Positions 39,790 through 53,674 are shown, numbered from the stretch's first letter. The stretch is DNA of 64,000 nucleotides from Camelus dromedarius (GCF_036321535.1 NC_087437.1:61630001-61694000); one strand, 5' to 3'. The notes: a model not told the origin generated them from the letters alone. A program made the numbers and translations.

Positions 39790-40520
39790 AGAGACACACT
39801 GATGGTGGGATTGTAAATTATGATGGAAAACTGTTTATCTAATCTGCTAATGCTGAACATTTGTATATCCTGTGACTAGCAATTTTGCTTTCTGAAATAT
39901 GGACACATCTATACCAAAAGATATGTACGGAAATATTCACAGCAACATTATTCATAATAGCCCCAAACTGAGTATCTGTCAACAATAGAATGGATAAATA
40001 ATTTTGGTATATTTGTACAATGGGACACCAAATAAGCAGTGAAAATGAACAAATTAATATACACAACAACATGGATAAATCTTACAAACAATGTTGATCA
40101 ATAGAAGCCAGACACAAAAACACACATATACTATACAATTTTTATTTATAGAAAGTTCAAAAATGGACAAAACTAATCTATGGTGTTAAAAGTCAGGAAG
40201 TACATAGTTAGAACCTGTGGTATTAGAAATAACCTTTGGGTACTGATGGGTAGGGGAACATGAGAGGGGCTTCTGGGTGTTGGTAATGTTGCATTTATTG
40301 ACTTGGTTGTGACTACTTTGTGATAATTTATTGAGCTGTTTGCTTATGATAGGTGTAATTTTTTAATATGTGATATTTTTCAATAAAAACATTTTTAAAT
40401 GGATGTAATGAGACACAAAAAGTAGTTGAGCCAAATGGCTAATGGATATTTGGTAGTTTTTCATAGTATTCTCCCTATTATTGTGTATATTTGAAAATTT
40501 CCATAATAAAAATTTTAAAA
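39790..40520 (+). mobile_element. Old L1 (L1ME-like) ORF2 end and 3'UTR
   Basis: gcaacattattcataatagccccaaactg…; aaaactaatctatggtgttaaaagtcagga. Confidence 0.7.
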
Positions 40521-40624
40521 GTCAGTCCAAAAGTAGAAACTGCTATGGAAGGAAACTGATCAGGTGGAGCTGAGTATTTTTCCAGCACTGGCAGTTGCCT
40601 TTCTTACACATTAATATTTTTTAG

Positions 40625-40743
40625 GCCACGCTTCACCCCTTCTTTCATCTTCTGCACCTTCCACTGATTTGACAGATCCCGTAACAAGACAGAATTCAAG
40701 ACAGAGAGAAGAAGAGCTGGAATTAATAGATCAACTACGGAAA
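40625..40743 (+). CDS. LRCH3: LRCH3 internal exon (leads into the CH domain)
   Basis: ttttag/…/gtatgt. 119 nt. (G)HASPLLSSSAPSTDLTDPVTRQNSRQREEELELIDQLRK. Confidence 0.94.
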
Positions 40744-41062
40744 GTATGTACATTGCCTATGAATTACACTTTTTCAGTGATATTGCTATAGCTCATAATG
40801 CTACAATCACTTGTTCATTTGCCTTGTACTTTTTAATAGAATCAACGAGTGCCCATTGTGTGCAATGATGCCCATTATGTGATGAATTTTTTCAGCTGTT
40901 TAGTAGGAAAATGAGATGGGTTATTCTTTGAATCTCAACCTCTGGCCCTACTCATTTAAAACTTTTCTCTGCCTTATGTTGTAAAGAAATCTTGTAAGAG
41001 TAATAATTTATATGTATGTACCTATATACATATGCATATCACACTTATAACATTTATAGGGA

Positions 41063-41201
41063 TTTGGGGGGAGGTAATTAGGTATGTGTGTTTGTGTTTA
41101 TTTGTTTGTTTGTTTATATTTTAATGGAGGTACTTGGGATTGAATCCAGGACCTTATGCATGCTAGGCACACACTGTACCCCTGAGCTATACTCTATCCC
41201 C
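41063..41201 (-). mobile_element. tRNA-derived SINE (Vic-1-like)
   Basis: Reverse complement of the SINEs at 33.1, 49.8 and 60.9 kb (atggaggtacttgggattgaatccaggacc…tgagctatac). Confidence 0.85.
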
Positions 41202-41515
41202 ATAGTGTTTATTTTGAAATTGAAAGACAGTCTAGTTGTTTTCGTAGTTTTTTTGATCGTTTGTTTTTAAAGTCAGAAAACTGTAAGTGGATTTCTGTTA
41301 TTGTTCTTTGTAGCACTGTGGCTTGGCTGCCATACATACATATAAGATCTCCTTAAATTATTGACTTAGGATAGAAAAGATAAAATAGAGATTGTGGTAC
41401 TTAAGTTATTTGCTTTTTATCTTGATTTCTAATTAAATATATTCCATTTTAACTCCATTCTCTATGTGTCAGCCACTCTACAATTAATATATTTCACATT
41501 TTCCTGTTCTTTTAG

Positions 41516-41653
41516 CATATTGAATACCGGTTGAAAGTATCTCTGCCTTGTGATCTTGGAGCAGCTCTCACTGATGGTGTTGTTCTTTGCCATTTGGCCA
41601 ATCATGTTCGTCCTCGATCTGTCCCAAGCATTCACGTTCCCTCACCAGCTGTA
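41516..41653 (+). CDS. LRCH3: LRCH3 exon, calponin-homology domain
   Basis: ttttag/…/gtaagt. 138 nt. HIEYRLKVSLPCDLGAALTDGVVLCHLANHVRPRSVPSIHVPSPAV, containing the CH signature L.DG..LC.L.N. Confidence 0.96.
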
Positions 41654-44600
41654 GTAAGTTTATAATGCTAAAAAAATGTTGGCTCTTCATCAGATATTTA
41701 TTAAGTTTAGAGGCAGGCATTGTGCAGAATGCTAAGAATACAAATATGAACAGAGTCCAGCCCCTGCCTTCTGCATCTCAGTTCTACTAGAGAAAAAATA
41801 GTAGACTTACAGCTGTGTGTGATAAGTGTGATAAAAGAGGTGTGTAAGAAGTGTGCTATGGGAATACAAAAAGGGACCACTTCAACTCTGCCCAGAAAGT
41901 TCAGGAAAGCCTCCAGAGGAAGTAAAATTTGAACTAATTCTTGAAGTATGAGTAGGAATTCACCAGCAGTACCGAGAGGGAGAAAGGCATTCCAGGCATA
42001 GCATTCCTAGATTAAAAAGCTAAAGAGGAAGATGGCATACTCGGGAATTCTTAAGTTGTTCAGAGTAGATCATTTACAAGGTGTTGGTGTAAATGGCAGA
42101 GGATGTAACTAGAGAGGTAAGCCAAGGGCCATGTGACAAGGGCCTCATGTACTATGTCAAGGAGATAGGAGTTTATCTTAGTGTAGACAATGAGGACTGA
42201 AAGAATTTGAGAGGAGTAGTATGATTATAATTGCAGTTTAGAATGTTGAATATTTTGGGGTGGAAGTGACATGATCTAGTGACCAACCTCAGGTGGAAAA
42301 TGAGGGAGAATATTCATTCAAGATGACTGGCAGGTTTTCTTTAGACTACTGGTCAGACCTGGACGTCACAATCAGGATGGCAACCCACAAAAGAAAGAGC
42401 ACGTTTTGGGTTGGCGTAACTTTTTTTTCCCTTCAAATTTTTAGTAAGAGAGATTTCAAACCTTCAAAAAACTGAAAAAGTAATATAGGGTGTACTCTTA
42501 AAGCCTCTGCCTAGATCTGACATGCATTATATCTTGCCATCTTGCTTTGTCTATATTTGTGTGGTGTGTGTGTATTTTAATTGTACCATTTAAAAGTTGC
42601 AGGTATCAAAAGAAAAAAATTGAAGGTATTATGACACTTTACCCCCTAAATATTTCAGAGAATTGTTGTAGGCCACCTTGCTCTTACAGCCTGAAGCCAT
42701 GACTGCAAGTTGTAGGGACTGAGCCCCCTCCCTCAGGATTGGAGTGTGATATGATTGACTCTGAGTGCTCCCTGTGGGATCAGGATGAAAACTGAGGAGG
42801 GGACAGCTATGAGCCCTTAGCAGCCAGCAGGGACTAGGGATAGGAAGTGAGGATGGATGCCCAGGATAAGTAAAGGGACAGTAGGTGAGGCATCAGTAGC
42901 ATTCACAACTTATATTCAGATTTCCCCAACTGTTCCAAGAATATCTTTCATGGCTGCTCTCTTTCTCTCCCCTCACCAGTAACCTACACACAGTGGAATA
43001 TAATCAACATTCTTACATTGCATCATTAGATTGTTGTGATACTTCTTTATGAGTCTGAATGGATATTGTGCATTTGTAACATGCTTAGCAATGTCTAACC
43101 TTTTGAAGGGTTTTGCCCTCATCTCATTTTCTGGTCATTTGTTACATAGCACATACATCCTGATACAAATCCTTTACTCAAATTGCAGTTATATCTATGT
43201 CTATAGATTGCAACTCTGGACATTCATCTGCTGCCTCTTCAGCTACAAATCATTTATTCCTCCCAAGGACCTTTTATTCTTCTATTTATTAAAAACTGCT
43301 TTGTTACCAAGGTCCCAAGAGGTTGATATGGCCCTTTCTCCTCCAGGACATCCAAACCACAGAGTCATACATTTGCTTCTAAGGAAAATAGGTAGCCACT
43401 TTTTATTTAGTCACCCCAGAAAATAGGCATTCAGTTTTGTATAGAAAAGGCATAGAGGAATAGTAGCACTACCAAATCTACTATGCTCCCAAAGACTTGA
43501 AAGACTTGGTTTTGGTCCTAAAGGTGGTGATTAAGAGAATAGAAATTGACATGCTATTTGGCAAAGCCAGTTAGGGAAAGGTTTATTCTTACTTTGCATT
43601 CTTCTTAGTTTCTGTCAACTGAGTTAAGAAAAAAAATTTTTAATAATTAAAAAAAGACGAATCTGTCATTCTTCATTTTCCAGGGAAATACTTAGGAAAT
43701 AGCAGGGAGCTCATATAGAAAGTAGAATTTTAAAGTAAGGGTGACTGAGATTCTTTACCTTGATCACCAGAACAGAGTGCACTTCATTTAGGAATGTAAA
43801 ATATATATAGGAAAAATAAAACTATTTAATAAATATTTAACTACTTAGAGAAATTAAACACATGGATTTTCTTATTTGTCAAAGCAGCGTGGATGTAACA
43901 TGAAATTAGAACATTTAAAACTTGCTTGCAAAATTAACAATAAAACTTAGTTATATTTATTGAGCAGCTATTCAGTGGCAGACATTCTGCCAGGGGTGAA
44001 GCGTACAGAGATGAGTTACAGGTGGTCCATACTCTCCAAAACATTAATTCCTCTTAAAAATTAAAATAAATTAAAAAGATCTTTCATGAAATAGTATCCT
44101 TGACACCAAAAGCAAGTAGGCCTATTAAATAAAATTGTTTAAAAAGGAATCTTTTTGGTTAATAAATGACGTATAAAGTTGAGGAGAAACATGTAAATAT
44201 ATAAAAAATCCCAAATTATAACATTTGAGGGTGAAAAAATGGACTTTGTGTCAACAAGATGAAAATTGTCCAATATTTTAATTAAAAGCAAAAATAAAAA
44301 TAGAACTCACTTTTTCTGGTGAAAATGACTATTATGAGTCAACATTGCTTTAATGGGGTTGCTGTTATAGGGCTAGTTTTCAGTATAAATATTTACATTT
44401 ATTTTTCCTTCATGTGAATTGCTCCCCCTCGTATTAGACTATTTCTTCCCTTGTTTTGTGCTTTTGACCATACAGAGAGCTTTGTGACTTACTTTCTTAG
44501 AGATTTTTTGTGATAAGAATATAAAATTAAAGCCAAACATAAATTAAAAACCATAGCAGTTTCTTTGTGGCTACATTGACGTGTGATGATTTATTATATT

Positions 44601-46393
44601 TCTTTGAGAACCTGCTAATTGGAACTATGAGTATACTTTAAGAAACCCTTTCTTGATGTACTATATAAACCATAATTTTCCCTTCAAAAAATGACCCCTC
44701 ATTGTAAGGGGAGGTCGTAAGTCCAGGCATTTTAAAAGAAACTTAGAAAGGCATATGTGCTTGTAACCGTTAGGTTATAATTCCTCTTTCTTTGTTATTT
44801 TGGGAGGATCGATGATGTCTGATAAACTGCTGTTTGGTTGTTAAGTAGGCATAGGTGTTAAGTAGCACAATTCACATTTTTAGAAGTGCATTATTGAATC
44901 ATATAAAAAATTCATTACAAGATTGTGATGTGACGACTCACTGAATGAACCGTATCACCAAGGAAGATGGCCTGAAAAAATTCTGAATCATTTCAAATTT
45001 CAGAATAGCAAAACTGTTGATTTCTGATTTCTTTCAGTGTAATTCCTTTCCTTTTGTGAAAATTACTTTCTTCCCCAAAGCCTGCATAAGATTTCTTACT
45101 CAGATCAGGTTGTACGTTACAGAAATAGAAAAGGTTGTATCTCACTATCCAGAACCATGTGTATGCCATCTGAAGTTCTGGAAAAGCTTTTGAGGGTGGC
45201 AGTTTCCTATGATATTTGACTTAAGGCAAAATCTTGAAGTCCTTCTGCACTATAGTGATAGGGAGTCTACACCCCTGGGTCCTTTTAACTAGCCATTCCA
45301 TCAGAGCAGGGATTTGCAGCCTGGGATTCACGCACTCCTAGTAGGGCTTCCGGGGCTCATTGAACTCCCTAAAATTGTATGCATATGTATTCTTCTCAAG
45401 AGTAAATTCACAGCTTTCATCAGACTATAAGGAGGAGTTATATTCCAATTTTGAAACACTGACCTGCATCCTTGGAATTTAAATAAATGCTAAGGGAAGG
45501 AGTGACTAGGGAGAAAGATGATGTTTTCCCATTCCTCTTCACCTTCATCAGTCAGACATCTGCTCTTTGCAGGGAAAGTCTCAAAGGAAACTTGATTTTA
45601 TTCCCCAAACCCCACTCACACACCTTTTATGTCTTAGGGTGCTAGTAATCCTCATAAAGATAATGCTGAATTGGACCCCAGGATCATTATTCTGTGCTTT
45701 CTTTTCTTTTTGTCTGAGATGGTGGTGATTCTGGGACCAGTTTTCAGCTAAGCAACATTAACTATATTGTTTTATGCTTTTCTTTGCACAGAAAGAAACT
45801 TGTTTTTCTACCTATGCAGTCAGACCTATTTCATTCTGCCCTCCCAGCATCTATGGGAGATGTTTCAGAAATGTAGGGATCCTTCCTTTGTAGAACAAAG
45901 GTCTTTTGCTAGAGTCTCACACCCGTGGTATCCCTGTGGACACACCCCCAGCCTTCTCTCCCAAACTCCTATCAGGATCCTGGTTTGCTTAGCTAAGGTC
46001 CCTTCATAATAAGAGAAGCTAGTTACATCAATTCTGCTTCCATTTCTACAAGGCATAAAGAGAAACTGGTATATGGAGAGGGAATTTCTAGCCAATGAAA
46101 AATTCCCCTAAGTGAGTAGTTGTCCTATGTTTTCTTCGCTCTTAAAGTTAAGCCTGTGTCCCAGTAGCTTTCACCACAGTGACTTTTCTCTTGTGCTTCA
46201 GTGCACCTTACCTCCCTCTTAACTAACCAGGAGTTTAGAAGACACAGCATCACTTGTACAGTGAACACCTGCTCTTTCACATGTGAAAAGCCTAAGAGAA
46301 AGCACCCAGCTCTGGCTGTAGTAGCCAGTGTGAACCTCTGTGATTGTTTTTCTCTTTCTGTTAAGTAGATTATGATTCTACTTATGTTTCACT

Positions 46394-46570
46394 ATTTTTT
46401 AAAATTGAAGTATAGTCAGTTACCATGTGTCATTTCTGGTGTTCAGCATGTTTCAGTCATACATATACACATACATATATTCGTTTTCATATTCTTTTTC
46501 ATTATAGGTTACTGCAAGATACTGAATATAGTTCCCTGTGCTATACAGAAGAAATATTTTTGTAACTTTT
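46394..46570 (-). mobile_element. L1 3' end fragment
   Basis: Same family as 12295-12540 (ttgaagtatagtcagttac…gtgctatacagaaga). Confidence 0.8.
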
Positions 46571-47532
46571 TTTACCTCAGTTATAGAAGAACTTGGCACA
46601 AGCAAGGAAGTGTGCTCTCCATGGAAAACTGTTTCTTCTTTCTGGACCTAATTTTGAAAGCTTTTCAATTTGAAATTTAAAAATTATTATTTCTTTTCTC
46701 CCATCTCATTTGTTGCCTTTCTATCTTTGATAAAGCCATCCCTAGCGCCTGCTACCTTTCTCAAGCCAAGATCACACTACCTTCAGCCACTACTATGTAG
46801 TGGTTGTTCCCCCTCTTCTTGTGACAGTATTATATTCCATCTTTGAAGAAAACCCAGATATTCACAAAAGAAACCTTTTTTCCCCTCCAGAGATGGTACA
46901 GCTTCTGTCTGCTTACCTTTGTAAAAACTCTAGGTCAGACTCCCTGCAAATATTTGGCTTCCTTGCCTGATGCTTAAACCAACATATGAATTTGAACAAT
47001 TGAGTTTGTTAATCATTCTGGGAAATGGTATTCCTATTTCTTTCTTACATGATAATCCACTTGACGAAAAATTTTATCACAGCTTTAGGTTATGTGATAT
47101 AACTCTGTGTTTCCAGTCACTAGAAAGCTTTTCAGAAAAACAAGCTTACTAGTTAGTGATAAGGGAAATTTCCTATGGGAAATTTTCACCCTTTAGAAAA
47201 TGGGTTCCTTAATCCAATCTTTTAAAATAAAAATGTTTTAAAATATTAAATATTACTATTGCATAGAGACATGCATTTGTAGCATATTTATGAGCAAAGG
47301 CTGTTGTATTATTATTAGTATTTCTTTAAAAAACAGAAAAAATAAAGTGTTAACTATGATAATTTATGAATGACTGAGTTGTGGGTAATTGGTTTTCTTG
47401 TTATTCCTCCAAATTTTCTTCAGTGTATATTGTTTTAAAATGTAAATTTAAATTTTAAAAAAATTAACCATTCTCCTAAAATTTCTTTTTTAGCACTTGT
47501 CTTACAAAAATCAAAGCCATGTATCCAAAGTA

Positions 47533-47737
47533 GGTGGTAGCAAACTGAGCTACAAGCCAGTCCCTATTTTTGTAAATAAAGTTTTATTAGAACACAGTCA
47601 CTCTGATTTGTTTATATATTGTCCGTGGTTCCTTCAAGCTCTAAGGAGATTTGTATAATTGCAACAGATCATATGGCCCTCAAGCCTAACATACTTATTA
47701 ACTAACTGCTCCTTTAAGAAAAAGTTTGCTGACCCTC
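47533..47737. mobile_element. MER58A-like hAT-Charlie fossil
   Basis: tttttgtaaataaagttttattagaacacag core. Ends aaaagtttgctgaccc. A similar fragment lies at ~35750-35900. Confidence 0.72.
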
Positions 47738-47838
47738 TAGAGCATTGATTGTGTTTATGAAGCAGTTGGCAAGAGTATTTTTAGTTAGCAGATTTTTTAA
47801 AACTTTGCTAGTAAGACCACATTTTCTTTCCTTTGCAG

Positions 47839-47916
47839 CCTAAATTAACAATGGCAAAATGCAGACGAAATGTGGAGAATTTCCTAGAAGCTTGCAGAAA
47901 AATTGGTGTACCTCAG
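47839..47916 (+). CDS. LRCH3: LRCH3 last shared exon, calponin-homology domain
   Basis: ttgcag/…/gtaaca. 78 nt. PKLTMAKCRRNVENFLEACRKIGVPQ. Confidence 0.96.
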
Positions 47917-49820
47917 GTAACAAATTTACATTTTTCATGTGGCTAAATAAATTTGGGCATTATTTTCCTAAAATCTTTTAGAAATGCAGGTATTTAAAAT
48001 CTTATAGGACTAGCCCTGAACTAAGTTGATAATTATTAATATGATTTTGTGTTACTAGAGTCAATCAGTATTGTTTTGAGCAGTTTTCCTTATTTCCAAG
48101 GACCAAACAAAGAAATCATACACATACGAATTTAAAGATATTGTAATAAGTAATTAGTGCTAAGTAATCAAAAATAGTTATTCTAGTATTTTCCTAAACA
48201 TCCCCACTTGCTGTTTGACCTTGTGTACAACTTCATACACTTACAGAATCTATGCTTCACAATAGCGCATCTCAAACCAAGACTTCCATTGCTTCAGTTT
48301 TTTTAACACTTGCTTTAACACTTTTTAAAAATGTTTATTTTGAAATGATTTTAGACTTTGAGAAAGTTTGCAAAAATTGTACAGAGAGATACTGTGTACG
48401 CTTCACCTAGGTTCCTGGACTGTTAATATTTAACATAAACATAGTATGTCATCCAAACTAACAAATACCTAGACAATGCTGTTGACTCAATTATGGACTT
48501 TATTCAGATTTTACAAGTTTATCCACTAAACTCTTTGGAATTTAACACACAAGAAGCCATTTCTAGGCACTTGTCTTGCTCTTGATATTTACTGCCTCCA
48601 GGTTCCTCAGTGATAGCTTTATTGCCCTTTAATAGTACAAATAGTTAAACTTTATTTATAGATGTGATAAGCAACATGAACTTGATTCCCTTTTTACTCA
48701 GTTACCCTTAAAAAAACAATTATGTTAAGCGTGGAACTCTTTAAAAGTATTATGTATAATGACATGATATATAGATAAATTTAAAGAAATAAACAAAAAA
48801 TGGTGCATTTTGATACTTTTTTCGTTAACCACAGCCATTACAGCTCTTGTCACCATACTTTGTCCAACCTTCAAGGGGAAAAACATGACTTTTCTGTCAC
48901 CTTCTTATTAGCTATCACAAACCCGGTGTTGGTCCCAGGACTCAACAGTGCTATTGTTTCTCTCAAAGTTAAGCCCTTGTCCAAGGGCTTTCACGACAAT
49001 AACTCATTTTACCCAGTTAACCATTCCTCTCTTTCACTAACATGATTTGAGAAGGTCACAGCATCACTTACCCAATGAGCACCTTTCCGAAACTTTCAGC
49101 TCTTTCACAAAGGGGAAGAGAGCCCAGATCCACAGAGCAGCTGCATTAGCCAGTGTGAATTCCCATGAGCATTTTTTCTCCTTTTATTAAGTAGATTTTG
49201 ATTCTACTATTTATTTTTCCTTTTTTCTTTTGAATTTTTTTTTTGAGCTGAGTTATAAAAGAATTTCAATTTAAATTTAGTGGTAGTTAGCAAGGATCTT
49301 TTTTGTTCCTGTGGACAAATTCAAGGAAAATTTGTCATTTTCGTATATTGTTTTCTAAAGGCTCCTCATCTCTTTTAGAACAAACCATTTTTAAACATAT
49401 TAAGAGCATTTATAAGGTTTCTAAACAAACAGCATGCATTTCTCCCTATTAACAAGCAGGTTCTAATATTCATATGTACACTTTAACATTCAGTGTTTCC
49501 CTCTGCCACTGAAGATGTTCCTACCTGACCATCACACTACACAAGCATGCTAGAACCTGCCCCAGGTCCATAGCACAGTGTCTTTGAACAAGAGAATGTG
49601 GTGTGGATTGATGCAGGGAATGGGAGAAAAGATATGAGTGATTAAAAGGAGGCACTGCATGCCTAGAGAGAAGAGTGCTGAAAGCAGCCCCACACAGCAA
49701 GGCCTGCTGGCACACTTAGCCTATGTCAAACCTGTTAAAGGACTGTTCACAGTCATTATATGTGTACTCTGGGCTTTACAGAACAGTCATATGTCTCAGA
49801 TTTAAAGTCCATACACTGAA

Positions 49821-49967
49821 GGGGAGAGTATAGCCCAAGTGGTAGAGTGCGTGCTTAGTGTGCACAAGATCCTGGGTTTGATCCCAGGACCTCCTCTAAA
49901 AATAAATAAACCTAATTACTTCTTCCCCCAAAATAAAAAAAATAGTTAAAAATAATACAGCAACAAA
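49821..49967 (+). mobile_element. tRNA-derived SINE (Vic-1-like)
   Basis: A and B boxes. Perfect 18-bp TSD taaagtccatacactgaa at 49803-49820 and 49968-49985. Confidence 0.92.
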
Positions 49968-51590
49968 TAAAGTCCATACACTGAAATTCTTTCAGAATGT
50001 ACCTGCCATCAGTCAGCAAAATCAAATACAGTGTGGCTTTTAAAGCATGCATTTAGTCCACCATTTCCCAAGCAATGGTTAATAGTATTTATTTGAAGGC
50101 AGGAGATAGAAAAAAATACAATTTTACAAGACCGGATATTTTTCCAGGGTGGTTAGACTAGAGCTTTTGACACATCCTCCCCACATCTCCCTCTCCCCAC
50201 CTAGAAAGAGGAAATGCACATTCCACATAGGCCACCTCCTCCTTCTCCACTTCTCCTTTCCACCCAAGTCTCTACCACCACCACCACTACCACTTTTAGG
50301 AGGGTTCCTCTTACGCTGCTCCTTCTGGTAAAACAATTAGTCATTTGCCTAAAACAAAGTGAGAAACTGAATAAATACAAACTCACAGGTTTAAACTAGC
50401 ATTCTCGGGTCCTTCTGCCTTAGGAGGGAAAAAAGAATCCTTCTTTTGTTCTTTTGTTCTCCCTACTCCTGGGCATTATGACCTTTAAACATCCCCGCTT
50501 GCTCTGTTTGACTTGTAAAGAAAATCAAGGATATAATAATGATCACTTTGGAAAATGGGTATCATAAAACTTAGTATTGAAGGATTTGTCAGAGTCTACG
50601 TCCAGAGAATATGTATAAAGGCGAACAATTTTCCTTCTCAGTATAACTTACAAAATGTTTACAAGTTACATTATGAATAAAACATTAAAGAATAAAGTGA
50701 CTTTTAAAAATCTCCAATGAAGTTGGGCATATGGGTATTCTCTTTATTATTCTGCTTTTTTAAATATATGTTACATTCAAAAACTATAATGGGTGATAAA
50801 AATTTCTGTTTGAGTCTAAAATCTTATATCCTAGAGCTATTATATGTTATGTGTGAAAGAATATTTCCTGTTATCAAGTCCAATAATGCTTTTATTTAAT
50901 TTCTTAATCTGTGAACTGGAGGGTTTGGATGATCTTTAATAAGGTCCCTTATAATTCTAGATTCATTTTTCACAGTTAGTAAACTTGACTTGGTTAAGAT
51001 GGGCTTGACTTGATTTTTAGAGGATTACCAAATTATTCAGTACACCTGACTTCCAGGTAATAAATTTCCCCTGATTATTATGCTTTTTTCATTCTGTGAA
51101 CTTTCATGATTTACCTGGCTTTTTCTGAAAATTTCCCTCTCCTCAGCCCATCTCCAGGTTTGTCCTTGCCTTCTGGCCTATTGTTTGTTGGGTTTTGTTT
51201 TTGGTTTTTTTCCACTTTCATTTTATTTTGGCCTATTCTTTTTTTGATAATAGAGAAGAATGAACTGAGAAAGAGGTTGTGTCATGCACACTCAACTCTC
51301 AGGCCTCACGCAACCCTAAGCCAGCATCCACCTCTGAATGTTCATACTAAGCCACCAACAAGCCAATTTTAATCTGCTATTCAGTAGTAAAATCAAGCTT
51401 AGCACATAGAAGATTCTTTGTGGTTTTGTTTTTGAGCATTTTATTTTCATTCATCGTAATAAAAAATGTTATAGTATATATTTCTATGAATATGATTGAA
51501 ATGATCATATTGAATTCTATACTCAAATCTGTATTTCTGATCCACTGACTTTGTTTTTCTGTTTTCCTTTCCTGCTCACACTTTGGACAG

Positions 51591-51791
51591 GACAGTCTTT
51601 GTTCCCCTTCTGACATCCTTCAGCTAAACCTCAGCGTTAAAAGAACTGTTGAAACACTACTTTCTCTTGGGGCACATTCAGAAGAATCCAGTTTTGTCTC
51701 TTTATCTATCCAGCTTTTGGGTTTTGTGGCATTTTATTGTACTTTAATGTTAACTCTCTGTATGCTTTATTACTGGATCTTCCCCCTCTAG
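51591..51791 (+). CDS. LRCH3: LRCH3 proximal alternative terminal exon (end of CH domain plus transmembrane tail)
   Basis: Long pyrimidine tract then ggacag. Phase 0. DSLCSPSDILQLNLSVKRTVETLLSLGAHSEESSFVSLSIQLLGFVAFYCTLMLTLCMLYYWIFPL, stop TAG at 51789-51791. Confidence 0.92.
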   Translation, partial: DSLCSPSDILQLNLSVKRTVETLLSLGAHSEESSFVSLSIQLLGFVAFYCTLMLTLCMLYYWIFPL

Positions 51792-53586
51792 CTGAAAGAT
51801 TGCATTCCAGTGATTTTCCACCTCATTCCTGTGTTTGGTGAAGGAGGTTTGTTTCTCATGCAAAAATATTTACATATTTGCTTTTTTTTTCCATGGCCAT
51901 CAAAGAGCTAACCAGTAAAGTATATAAATCCTTCTCTCATGTGTCCAGATGAGCAGCTTATCACATTAGTAAGCGTTTATGATTGCTAACAAAGAGTAAA
52001 AGACCAGCATATTTTCTCCTGCTCATTTATCCATTCTCCTGGCCTGTGGCCTTGTTTCTCTTATCATAAATGCTGAGCGTTTCTACCAATACAGTCATGA
52101 GCCTATTGTTAGAATTTGATGTGGAACTTTATCTCCAAACGGCATAATAAAATTTCCATCTGTCCATTTTTCCATACCTCAATACAACTTAAGTGTTGAA
52201 ATTGTGAGAAGTATTACAATTAAGAGTTGTTGAACTTTTCAACAGCTGTTCATAAGGGAAACAGTTGTACCTTTTCTGGTTCGGGGGGCACCTGGTCACT
52301 TAGATCTCTGCACCAAGCTGTGCCCTGAAGTCCTGAAATCTCCCTTTATTGATAGGCACAAGTCCACCTCAGCATTTGCTGTCTGGACATCTGGATGGTA
52401 CTGGCCATTTCATCATCATAATTTTAATTTGATCAGAATCTTCAGTCCAGACATCACATATGTTCCCTAGATTGCTGTTCTGAGTCCACTGTGTATATTG
52501 AAAACAGTACACAAGCAAGTTACCTAGAGCTGACCTTTCAGGTGGGCCCCTGTCTGCACACTTAATTATGTTTGTCATCTTTAACTGAACTTTACTTCTG
52601 AATCCTATTTAGAATTTAAAATTGGAATTTATGTAATTTCCGATATATTTGAACCATCTTAATAGGTGAACTTGTATTTAATAGGCTGTTGAGAATCTTA
52701 TCTGAACAGTAACAGGTAAAGCATTAGGCAGCAATCTCTATTCTGTACCCAAGGCAATGATAGTCTCTTTCAGAATGCTTAGTGTATTAGCAGCTAGCCT
52801 TGATGCTTGAAACTACTTCATAACTGCATTCAGAGTCTAGTTCTTATAAATAGTTATTTCTGAACATTCAGACATCTCCTGAACTCTGCTAACTAAATTG
52901 GATGACTGAATTCAAGTACGAAGGGAGATTTTAAGGAACATAACATCCTGCTGTAGAAGTCAGCCTGAGGATCTGATTGCTTTGGTTTTCCTTCATATTA
53001 AATGGGATAATTACTTAACACATTAAAAACTGTTTACTGTTAATCCTGAAACATTGAACACTGTGTTGAAAACTTCAGTTTTATGCAGTCATAGTGCCTT
53101 CTGGAGTTTGGTGGGTTTTGGCTTGTTTTGTTTTTAGGATGTCTCTGAGTCAGAGATCATTCAGTTTTGTGGAGTTTTGTCTCTTTAAAAAAAAAAAGCT
53201 GATGAAAAAACACATGGTGTCATGTGTGGCTTTGGAGGAGTAATGGTGCATTCTCTTCAGAACAGAGTTCCCTCTAAGCCAGCTGGAAGGTAGAAGTGCA
53301 TTCAGGAAGCTAAGCTTCGGAGGGAATGTCTAAGTTACGGATGCACAGGTCACAGGGCACCCCTGAGAATGGTGATCAAGGAGTCGGCCTTGGAGGAAAT
53401 AAATGTCTTCCCCCAGAGCAAAACGCCCTGAAGGTTCATCTTAAGTATAGTTAATCTTTACTTACAGTTGTACTCAAAAGATTTATACAAAAGTTGCTAG
53501 TTTTATAAGATCAAGAGATTGTATTTTATCAAGGTAAGTATTAAATAAAAAGAAAGTAAGAAGCACAAGTACCAATAACTGCCTAT

Positions 53587-53674
53587 AATAAACATTTGTT
53601 ACATTTTTTATTGCAACTGATTTTGTAAATCTTCCTAATAATATATTAAGTGGCAGTGAATCTTCTTTAATAAA
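53587..53674 (+). terminator. Candidate poly(A) signals of the proximal (TM) LRCH3 isoform
   Basis: AATAAA at 53587 and 53669 with T-rich sequence downstream, before the distal acceptor. Another AATAAA is at 52146. Which one is used cannot be told from sequence. Confidence 0.4.

Noticed and set aside
43049..43426. 125-aa intronic ORF
   Set aside because: No recognisable domain or splice context; composition fits AT-rich or decayed repeat DNA.
46912..46934. Minus-strand peptide PRVFTKV resembling a DIRS reverse transcriptase motif
   Set aside because: Only seven residues, with a stop immediately upstream and no YLDD motif or wider homology.
50124..50399. Four overlapping short ORFs
   Set aside because: Product of a low-complexity C-rich/(CCA)n tract that lacks stop codons.
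50486..50500. taaacatccccg resembles part of miR-30d
   Set aside because: The seed start is mismatched, the match is short, and no precursor hairpin is evident.
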